Assembly (NCBI GenBank): GCA_037379345.1
Contig: CM074517.1
Coordinates: 43,070,500 to 43,134,499 of the forward strand
Direction: 5' to 3'
DNA: 64,000 nt
Source: Perna viridis
Taxonomy: Eukaryota
Shown: one piece after another, positions 13,755 to 24,757 of the stretch
How positions within the stretch are numbered: position 1 is the first letter of the stretch
Layout: every line of letters begins with the position of its first letter
Made by a program: the position numbers and the translations under genes
The notes under the pieces: generated by a model
The model's database searches: none
Told to the model about the DNA's origin: nothing
Seen by the model: the letters and a program-made list of their open reading frames with translations, nothing else

Positions 13755-14195
13755 GGTTTGGAGCTGGCATGTCAGTTAAATGCTAGTAGTCCTTAGTTCG
13801 TACATTTGTGTAATTTATATTCGGTTTCTTTATTTCCGTTGTAACATGTAAGATCTTTTTGAACTGATTTTAGGTGTCTTGAATTGTGTAATATTTTTTT
13901 CCACATTGGCCAGATTTTAAAGGGACAGGGTTGTGATCACGCCAAAGTACTTTAACTCCACGGCATTTTCCCGCCTGTCCCAAGTGGCCTCTGTATGTCT
14001 TTTCACATTTTCACCTTTAGTTTATTTTTATTTTTCTTGAGTATACAGGGGAAACTCTTTCGCTGTACCTGTGTATAATGATGTTTTTGGGCCAACTGCA
14101 GCCTGCCCTGTGGTGCGAGGGTTTCCTCGTCGTTCATTGGGCTGACATAGTCATCCAGGTGAGGTCGTCTCTTTGACATATTCACCATAGATATT
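13755..14195 (+). mobile_element. Decayed interspersed repeat containing a twister-ribozyme-like segment
   Basis: GC-richer block gagctggcatgtcag...tgctagtagtcc...taactccacggc...gcctgtcccaagt...gtctctttgacatattc. It resembles, from memory only, a common mussel repeat. Single copy in this window. Confidence 0.45.
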
Positions 14196-15400
14196 CTCGT
14201 TATATTTGCATTGCTGGTATATGCATGTAGAGTTAATATTTTTTCTACGCATCTTTCAAATTTGAGATATCTCTGATGAAAATAATTTTTAAACCACGGT
14301 GTTTTTAGTTTTTTATCAAATCATTATTACTCCAATATTAATTGTGATTTTACATTAGCTATAATTAATTATCAATAGTGCCCATAAGCTCAATAGTTCT
14401 ATATATCTTTACAGAAGTCCGTCAACGTTTGTTAAACGTGGACAGATGGGTCGTGTTCATTTTATTGCCTATTAAGTTTAATTAGTGGTCTTTAAATCGA
14501 CAAAACCATATTTTCCTTTGCTAGATTCCACATACGGTGACAGAAATGTGATTAAAATATGACAAAAAAACACAATAACGGGTCATGCAACTGTACGCAA
14601 TTAAGAGCCTGATTGCCTGACGTTCAGCAGTAGTAGCCTTTTCATGCTGAGACTTATCATTTGATATCCTCCTTGCTTTGTTCTTACGCATCTATATCTT
14701 AAACCACGATAAAATGCAATTTCGATAATTTCCCACAGTAGCATACGTCGCCGAAAATGGTAGTGCTTTAGCGATCTAATCATTCAGATAACTCCCAAAA
14801 GGTTCCAAATTGGTTGTATTAAAAGTCATTCGGAAGATTATAAACGCATTCTAATGATTGTTGTTTATTGTTCGAATCACAATAAGATTAACTATTAATG
14901 TATTATATCAGTTTTCCCATGTGTTCCTACTTCTTTTGATTAAATTTGTAATATTTTTGGTCTTTAATTTGGTCCATGCACGGAATAACACTAAAATAGT
15001 GTACGCAACTTCAACAAATTGTTCTAAGAAGGCCGTTTATATCTATCATTCAATTCCGTTTGTTCTTTGTCATCATCACATAAGTTACGTATTAATTGGT
15101 TCTAATGGCATGAAACAAAGATTACAGAACCCAAGATAAGAAAATTGTTTGGGTATGTCTCATGCATAATGAAAAACCACAATAGAAACTGTGAGAAAAT
15201 GATTCACTTATTACAGAAAGCAGTTTAAAATTGCTGACCTGTTGCGGTGTTTGGTCATCTTTTCTTTTATCTGTAAACATTAGATTTGAATCTTGTTTGA
15301 AAGTTCTTTTTTTATTTAGAGATTTCTGTCCTTCAGAAACCTGTTATATACGGTATTGGTCACCACGGTAATAACTTGACTGCTGTTGCACATTTGCCTG

Positions 15401-15604
15401 TTCAAAGAGTAATCAAGGAAACCAAGGTTATAGCGGTAATCAAAAGAATATAATCCAGGGACAAAGACCAGGCATGGAAAATAGACATACACAACAAAGA
15501 ACATAAAGTAACTAAAATCATACATACAAAGTAACAAAAGTAAATGAGCAACTCGGACTCCACTAAAAACTGGGAGCATGGACCAGGTGCACCGGTAGGG
15601 TAAG
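15401..15604 (-). mobile_element. ~200-bp 3'-terminal fragment of the same Penelope-like family
   Basis: Reverse complement reads cttaccctaccggtgcacctggtccatgctcccagtttttagtggagtccgagttgctc...ttgattactctttgaa, matching 60086-60270. Confidence 0.85.
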
Positions 15605-18600
15605 ATTTTAGATTTGATTGATTGGTTATTTTTCTTCATAAACCTGTAACATACAATACTTTACCGTGAGGATTCTCGTACCACAGTAATAATGTAACTT
15701 TTGCTTACGTTATCTTATAAGGATAAAAACAAAGAATCTGAACCCATTTCTACCATATTTTTCACATTTACTTATTCAATGTACCCAAGCAAGAAAAGAG
15801 GATTTGTTTGTACACCTTGGGCTGCATAGATTAAGTTCATTACCGATTAATATCGGTCTATTTTAAACTACTTGCAGCAATTTTTCCATTAGAAAGCAAC
15901 TTGTTGCAATGTACCACACACGACCGTTAATAGAGCGACTTACTTAGCATTCAAGAAAGAACATCTTCGTTTAAAAATCGTTTATAAGAACAAAGGCGCC
16001 CCATTCACAGTTGCACATGTTCATGAATAAGAGACAGGATTTATTTTTTTTCAATTTTTATTAAAATATATAATTTAATATTTGTTTGAATATAAACATT
16101 GCTGGTATGGAGCGTTTCTGCATCAACTACTGCTGTGTGAAAATATTTGTAAATTTGAACTTTATATTTCGCACAGGTGTCGAAGTTTGAATTGATGTTC
16201 ACGATTTGAAGTTGAAAGAATTCAAAGACGGCTATACAGTGTCGTTTAATCGGCTTGGGATATTAACTTGGATGATAAAGAAGAACTCACCACGAGTTAA
16301 TTTTCACCTCATAAAACGAGAAACATTTTCAAAAAACTTTCACGCTATCGTACAAATCGAATACAAGCCTATTCTATAATAAGATTTAATTTTAAGAAGT
16401 ATGTCCGCCCCTTCATTTCAATAAGTTAGTGGAAAGAAGTTGAGGAACGAATCCGTGACCAAATACATGCTTGTTATATGGAAAGATTAGGGTCAGGCCA
16501 TGTTTTCTTGTAAATCATTGGCAAACATATGGACAGTAGAAAGAAAAATGTGCAAAAGGGAAGGTATTGAAAGGGAAGTGAAACGGGTGGGGTACTTAAT
16601 AATAAGACTCTTAACTTATTGGTTAACAAAAATCATAGTATAAATTACAATACATGACATTTAGACCTTAAATTAATTTAAAATGCATTAAATTATTCAC
16701 CTCTACAATCATGAAAGCACAGCTGTTGGCCTATAGGTGAAAGGTGCCATGTCCAGACCGTCATTTTAGCGGGTTTAACATGGTCGTTTTGAATGGAATC
16801 AAACATGAAAAGCAGCAACGCACCGAGAACTGCAAGTGCTTTTCGGGTTCAGTGTGTTCGTATTTATTTTGTTTAAGTAGAGTTAACTTTTTCAGGATAT
16901 AATTAAAGAATAAACTTTTATTGAAAGCGTAATTTCTTTGTGAGAATCAATATTTCTTGTGTAACGAGTCGTAAATTTCGGTTGTTTTTATTACTGTGGA
17001 TTCTTATTGTTTTGCAATGAGCTATATAAGTTGCTTTTAGACAAGAGCATGCCGTTCTTTGTTGCTAGACGGTGACTTTTTCCCTTATCATTTGTGCATC
17101 ACTGCTGTGGTGGTGGTTGTATGACGTTTCACACCTTCTGTGCTTCACCATGCTGTAGTTCTGCTGAAAATAACAGCTAAATATCAAATAAATTGTTTAC
17201 GTACGATATTAGTGGTCTTTAAAAATATAGCGAACATTTTAGAAGCTTGTGTTTATCAGTCTGAGTTAATACATCATAAGAAGAACAAGGTAAAAACATA
17301 CAGAATTCACTCGTGACAGACTCTTTACAAACATTACATACATACACAAGTTAAAGCTTTGGTGGTCATAAGACATTGGTGCCGTGACGGTGTTCTAGAC
17401 TTGCAATGTAGCTTTTGATAAAATATTGCACTACACTTAACTTGTCTATATCATTGCCAAACTTTACGCGCCTACGAAAGTTTGGAAAGCAAGCTAATAA
17501 ACGTCGATACATAGACGATTAACATAGCAGCAGTTCTGAAAACTCCATAGAGATAGCATTTTTTTTACAAATTACAAAATACTATTCATATTTTGTTAAA
17601 GTAGTCAAGGTTATGTCCACTTAAGCCCTTTTTCGCGAAATTGTACAAGGTGTATATTGAATTTTATTGCTCCAATATATACATATAACCTGTAAATGTT
17701 TTGAAATTAATTTGACGCTTGTGTTGTGATTTTCCCATACAAAATTTGTTTTCGAATTAAGATAACGCTCTTTTAAGATACACATGTCTTTTAAAGTTTT
17801 CAATAATCCTACCTTAATATGAAATATAAGACGGACATGTTTCGTTTTCTCAATTCCTAACCCGACCAACTTAAAAGACGTTGCTTGCCTTAAACATACA
17901 TGTAAAAGCAAGTTCGGATGACCTTAAACTTGCCGAGAATTATTTTAATAGAATTTCAGGAACTATGACTAAAGTTTATAAAAGCAGTTGTAAGAAACCA
18001 TCGATTTTTCATTTGTTAATATTGTTATTTTCTTTTTTGACGTCTGCTCCTTCATGGTCGATTTGAAATTATTGCTTGTGAAGTGCATATGCATGTTCAG
18101 TACAGATCTTTGGTAAGGAAGAAATATAGAAAATTCGCACAGGCTCAAATTACCTTTCTTTCGAGTAAATATGCGTGTATTATTATCAATATGTATGTTG
18201 TGGACTGTGAAAAATTTTCTCCGTAGATCTCATAACCGTTTCCTACTTAACGTTGCATCGTTCCGCTACATCTTTTTTTGCTCTGCTATTCAAAATGGGA
18301 GTTTTTCACAAGCGTAGGCATGAGCGCTTCTCTTAAAGAATCTTTAAATAAAGTTCTCTCTGATTTCTAACTTGCATAAAAGAGTTTAGAATAAATACTT
18401 ATTATGGCAGATGTTTTAAATGTTTGAAATAGGGAATGTATTACCAATACGGGCACTGGATTAATATAGATTTTTTGCACATGTCTGTTTTATTTTACCC
18501 CCTGGGCAAAGCATAAGCATTTTTTAAGACACTTGCACTGCAATACTAAGGTTTCTCAATTAATATTTGTCTTCTCATTTTCGTGTTTTATATTTCTTTA

Positions 18601-19876
18601 TATTATTATTTTCATTGTTGTTTCATCGCAACATTTTTTTTGTCTATTGACTTTCGTGGTTTGAATATCACTTTCATTGTCAATAGTACTGCATAAACGG
18701 GAACATCTTCAATGAAATATGTTTCCACGAAACACCCAGAGCACATTAAAGAGACAATATAATATAGATTACTCCTATCAGGACCCATGACCTTCCATTG
18801 AACCAACAGTAATTGAACATCAGACATTTCAAACGGACGAATTTATTTTGTAATAACATACAAAAATGTACATAATGCAGTCCTTTCCAAACACAAAAAG
18901 GTTCATTACAAAAGCACTACAATGCCGCATAGAATTTTTGTTTAGTGAGCATGCACATGTTTGTTCTAGTAATATATTCGTTTTATTTTTTCTTCAACCT
19001 TTTTTCACCAGTTAATTTTGTACTTATTGCTTTTACGGTCTGGATTGTGTTGATAATTCCAAGGTCTAACATGTGTTTCGTTGGCTATTCTATAGGCAAT
19101 AGGCTTGTCATTCTTTTTCTCTTGGCGAATGATTGTATTCCACTCTTTGCCCACTCACCAACTGTTTGAAGCTTTGTACCAAATACAATACATACGGTTT
19201 GTTGTACTTCTTTTTAAAACTTTGGGATGACGGTCATCAATTTCTCATTCTTTGGCCAACCATCGGCATTATCCTAAGATTTATCTCATGAAATATCCGG
19301 AGACGGTCTTATGACATATCTCGGAGTGTATATCGAAGATATATCCTCAGATTATCTTATCAAACACGTTCTTTCATACGCCTCTGTTTCATTTTTCATT
19401 GTCTTCTGTGTCAAGAGTTTGCAATATTACAGTTTTATTATAATAGTTTTTTTTTCAGTTTCACTGATTGAATGTATCTACAGAGTGTTCAAAACATGTG
19501 GATCTACTTCTAGTATAACATACTTAATACTTTGTCAAAAACTTTCAAAAGAACACAAAAATATCAACTTTAGGGGTGCGGAGCAACGGTTCTATTTTAA
19601 AAAGATGCTGTAGAAATCAAATAATTCTTATGGTGTGTGTTTGTATGTTTCTCGTATATGTTTTTTTTTCGTGCGTTTGATTTTTTTCTTTTGTCATACT
19701 TTTCCACATAAGCATTGTATTACATACAACCTTAAAATGCAACATCTCATAATGTTACTAAAAGGTGTCTATGCTGATTTGTAATGCAATGCTATCATTG
19801 AAAAATTTGTCCTGCTTCGTTATAGTTGCATTTTTTATGTTAGAATTTACTTTCAACTTATGCTGGGCTTCCTTAA

Positions 19877-20085
19877 GGAGTTGGATTAGGGTAGGGGTCA
19901 TAACTCTTGAAATTAGTGATATGTTTGCATCATATTCAATTTCACCAAAGCCAATCAAGCTTTCATTTGAAACAATGAAATCAGTCTATGTTACTTTGAT
20001 GCTTACATGAGATTGATGTAAAATAGTTAATAAAAACGTTCCAATGATTTGTAAGAGTTATGTCCCTTACCCTAGGTCTACCTCC
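19877..20085. mobile_element. MITE with ~30-bp TIRs and TTAA target duplication (Kolobok-like), copy 1
   Basis: ttaa|ggagttggattagggtaggggtcataactctt ... aagagttatgtcccttaccctaggtctacctcc|ttaa. Homologous, in opposite orientation, to 52955-53166. Confidence 0.85.
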
Positions 20086-20559
20086 TTAAAAGTGCCTCAA
20101 TATTAAAAGCTAATTTCGTTTGAGAACGTCTTAAAAAAATTATTCTTCCAATGCTACATCACTATAAAGAATTATTCCATTATTGCATGCAAGCAGAATG
20201 AATATTTAAAAACCAGATGAAAAGAAAATAAACAAATTATTCTATAATGTTATCATTAAATATAAACATAATCATCGTGAAAAAAATGTTGCCTTCTCGC
20301 AATTCTTGAGAGCCTATAGCTTACATGACCTTAAAAATCGTGAATAATTTTATTGACAAGTGTTGAAATAAATTCTGAAGATAGTTTTAATTATTTCCGT
20401 TTTCTCCGACCATTTGTAACATTCGATAACATAGTAATATCATGGTATAAATTAGATTTGATATTGTTTGTTGAATTGTATTATTTTATTGGTAATTCTA
20501 TTATTAAAACCATCGACTTCTAACCCATAACTAGCCAATTTACAGTTATTTTCACGCGA

Positions 20560-20830
20560 TAATCCGGAAGCTCCACCCACATGTAATGAAACAACCAATT
20601 AGCAGCCGTCAGGGTGTAAATTTAAACTTATTGAATACAATTCCGAGGCTGCCTTGGTAGAAAATTAATAGCTAAATCGATTCATAAAAATTCACAATTG
20701 TACACGCATAAAAAGGAAAAATTCACCAATGAAAAGAAAAGTTAACTTGTACAACAAACAATCTATTCTTTTCCTAACTAATCAGTGTTGTTATATAGAT
20801 CTGGATTTGTCACTGATGATATATTTTGAC
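20560..20830 (+). promoter_or_regulatory. Candidate core/proximal promoter of the BarH-like gene
   Basis: ETS-like CCGGAAG (~20564), CCAAT motifs (~20595, ~20726) and TATA-like TTATATAG (~20791), 420-680 bp upstream of the ATG. Motif evidence only; TSS unknown. Confidence 0.4.
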
Positions 20831-21245
20831 GCTCCAGTGAACTAACGTTTTTACCAAATACCCGCTAAGTTTCATATTGACACCCGCTTTTTGGTCTTTA
20901 ATGTTAACTGTCATAAGACGACGCATCAAAATTATCATCTGACTTTTTATTGAAAGCAATCGTCTTTATACTTGCATTGAACCTTTTTTTTTAATTTCTG
21001 GAGGAACCAAATTTAAAAATCTGGACATTAACTAATTGTTAACCATGATGCGAGATCATTCATAAGACTAATTATTTCGTCTTTATCCCACGGGAATAAG
21101 CACTAGTACATTTGGATCTACAAACGACCACGAAAGGACAGCTTTTTCTACACATACAAACATCAAATTTGTATTCTATCTCGATGTGTGAAAGTTAATT
21201 CAACGGTAAAATAATAAAGACTGGTGTTCATAGGACGGACATAAA

Positions 21246-21702
21246 ATGTCACGCAGTGCTAGCCCTCGCTCCCTGGAGGAGGAAGAAGAAGACGCGATAA
21301 ACGTTGACAAATGTGATTCGGATGATGATGAGCCGAAAACAAATAGTGAAGTTCTAAACTCTAGTGCAAAAACTGAGTCAATGAGTGTTCCATCTTCAAT
21401 TTCATCATCTAAAAGTGGTATCCCTGAACCAAGTTTAGGTGGACCACCAAGACGGTCTTTTTTTATTACAGACATTTTATCAGATGCCAACAAAAGCTCT
21501 GGGAGTTTATCAGCATTTAAACCATTACGGGTGCCAACAAAATACTTTTCATCGCAGACATTATCACCAACGGACGACCCATTTCGGCGGGGGCTACAGT
21601 TAGGACAGTATAAAACACACCCTCCAAATGGTCGTGACTTGGGGAAATGTTCTGAAAGTTTAAAGTCAGATTCTGAGGACGACGACGAAGACGACGACGA
21701 AG
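21246..21702 (+). CDS. BARHL: BarH-like homeobox gene, coding exon 1 (acidic/Ser-rich N-terminus with eh1/FIL motif FFITDIL at 21459-21479)
   Basis: ATG in AAAATG context; open frame MSRSASPRSLEEEEED...RRSFFITDILSD...DDDEDDDE; donor GAAG|gtaaat at 21702/21703 in phase 1, which joins in frame to exon 2 (G+AT=Asp). Confidence 0.9.
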
Positions 21703-24256
21703 GTAAATTAAGATAAAAAAAAAATGATATTTAGTCAAATGAAGTGTACAAATGAATGCGTCTAATATTGTTTAAAAACTGCACAAAATAAAGCCCTACT
21801 TTTAAAAGTTTGACAGTAAGCCGGGCATTAGATATTAAACCAAAAAAATGATATTTCTTAACAAGACAAGCAGTAAAAATACCTAAAAAAGGATGCAAAT
21901 TTGTATCAAAAGAAGGCGCTCGTTTTGACCATAATCAATAATCAACAATTGATTGAAAGCAAAATAAACATAATCAATCTAGAAATATTTTATTCACAAT
22001 TATTTTAAATACGAATAGAGAAATTTTCTTAGTTTTATTTTTATTTGTACGCAATTTTTGATAAATATTTTAGAAAATCAGAATTTCCGATAACAGATGA
22101 AAATTTGGACATTAATTATTAAGAATATATATGTCTTATTAGAAATAAAATTCAGAGGCAAATCTCACATTGGAAATTCATGATATTTAAATAAAAAATC
22201 ATATTTCAACGGTGAAGAATGATGCCATTTTGTTCCTGAATTTATTTATACACCTGTATTATCATACCATTATATCTATGAAGGAATAAATGAGTTTTTA
22301 TCATAATTCAATTATACATTTTAGTATTTATCTCCAGTTGTAAAGTGTTTGGACTCACACATACGAGAGAGTCGCAGACTTAAAAAAACAAATACATTAA
22401 CAAAATTGATTTTTTATACATAATAATCGCCTTTGAGTGTTAATTTCTCTATAAGTATAATATATAACGGGTTATTTCTTCTTATTTTGTAAGTGTTATT
22501 ATAAAAACATGGTTAAATCGCCTTTTAAGATATCGATATCGAAATGGATAACCTTGAATTTAAATTTCTCTTTCAAAATTGAGGGATACAGATTTCGTAT
22601 AATTGATATCTTCACTGTAAAAGGCCTGCAGTGGCTATACATGTCGAAAACCCTTTTCATATGGGTTCGTTTAAAGTCACAACGAGCCCAAACTGTGTCT
22701 GTGATCAAATTACGTTGTGAAAATTTATTCTGATAAAAGTAAAAAAATCCTTGGTTATTTATTGCCGAAGCTTTTAGATATCAGGGTATTTTACTTAAAT
22801 GTGCAGTAATTTTTTTGTGCTAAGTTCGGCTACACCAAGAAAATTATACACCCTTTGACACGTTTTTAACTTGCTTTGTAAACTGTATGCTTGCTGATTA
22901 AGTTTTTTTTTAACTTTATATAGAATACTGAGAACTTCATATAACTGAGGGAGTATTAACATCTATCTTCTTTATGTGTATTTTTGGAGAAATAATCATT
23001 AGGTGAAAAGACAATACACGAATTATACTTTTTTTGTTTACAATTAACATTTTTCATGCATTTATTGACTTTATTATGATATTTATTTGAGAGTAGGAAA
23101 ACGAAAATTGATAAACCGTGCGAAAGCGAAAATTGATAAAGAGTACAAAAACAAAAATTAAACACAATTTTAGACAATTAAAAAAGAAACAATTTGTAGC
23201 ATCTACTATTTAATTACATAAACAAGACAAGGGAAATATATTACAATCAGTTTGTTTAATCATGATTATAAAATCACCTAAAATGCTTACTGATACATAT
23301 AGTGGAAATAAAGTTAAAATTTCCATCAAAATTTGAGATAGTATATATTACCAATGCACTTTCTGTAGGTGTTGGGACATAGTTTTCTATATCCTGGTAC
23401 AGCAATATCTGACGCCCTGAATATAGCAATCGAACCCCCCCCCCCCCAAAAAAAAATACAATACCACAACCAGTTTGTGACATTGTATTTCTCGGAAAGT
23501 TAACAGTTTTTAAAACAATTCTTAGGTCTTATTGCCAAATCTTTTAGGTAATTTCCGTTTGTATATGTTTAACTAAATGAAGAAGTCTGGTGCACGATGC
23601 ACCAGACGTATTGTTAGGCTTACAAGTACATGTACTCCATCTCTACACGAAACAGCTGATGTCCAAATACTATAGCAATTGCGTGGGGCTACGTGTCTTT
23701 TTATCTAAAGTCTAAAAAGAATACAAATGCAATACTGATGTAGATTTAGTCACACTTTTTGTTTTTATTTGGTTTTGTCAAAGCTAAAATTGCAAAAAGA
23801 TGTGATACTTTTTTAACCTTAAAACTATATACTGGAATAATTGACGTTTTAAAAAGAAGTTTTGATCAGGAAACTATTTTAAACACTTTACTTAGTGGAA
23901 GTCAAGAGTGAACGACCCACGCCCCCGTGTAACATGTGACCATACCTTAAACCATAGCCTTTTAATTTTCTATTTTGCTTTTCTAATAAGTACCACAATA
24001 TGGCTCTTTTTTTATTGAGAAAAATCATTTGTAATTTGATTTGCCTTTATTAGTTTTTATCACTTTGAGGTAAAAAATGTCAGTTGACGGGTTCACGTGG
24101 TACAAAATAAATGATATCTTAACAACATATACAGTAGATGTTTATTTTTATTGAGAAAAGATCTGTCGAAGTTTTAGCTTGATGTGTCAAATTGCAGTTA
24201 AAACAAAGGGGATTATTGAAAAACTTGTTTCACACAGGACATCATGTTTTCTTGTT

Positions 24257-24757
24257 TGTTTGTTTGTTTGTTTGTTGGGGTTTAACGTCCGAGCAGCAAT
24301 ATTTCAGCTATATTCAGACGATGGACATGAAACTGATGATGAAATGAAAAAAGGATGGGACACCAGGACAATGGGGTCGACAAATTTTGATTGCCACCGG
24401 AAATAGGGAGAGGAAGGTAGGGTCGGGCAATTTGGCCTCCTGTGGCGGAGCCCTATGGTTCCTACTCCGGAAGAATACCATAGTAGGGTTCTTTAACGTG
24501 AGAGGAACGTGGCATCTTTCCCAATACGGTGCACCACTATGGCTTGCGGTCAGGTTTTCCGTATTATAGCCTGACAACCCCAGAATGTAACACGCCAGAG
24601 GTAACCCATTCCACCACCTAGGGCACACATCCCAGTTGCTATGTGGGCAGAGCGCCCTAGCCCCCGGCTAGGGTTCTGTGCACTATTTAGTCGCCTTTTA
24701 CGACAAGATTAGCGCTGCTGCAGGCCTATCCTTTTAACACCCGGACCTGCACGGGGC
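24257..24757 (-). mobile_element. SINE-like retroposon family A, copy 3 (in intron 1 of the BarH-like gene, antisense)
   Basis: Full-length copy with a (tttg)n tail on the + strand and a 12-bp TSD tgttttcttgtt at 24245-24256 and 24758-24769. Confidence 0.93.

Noticed and set aside
17118-17158. Minus-strand hammerhead-like string atggtgaagcacagaaggtgtgaaacgtc
   Set aside because: The core is AUGGUGA rather than CUGANGA and no stem I can form. At most a dead relic.
21200-21493. 97-aa minus-strand ORF and other ORFs overlapping the BarH exons
   Set aside because: Antisense shadows of the real coding exons.
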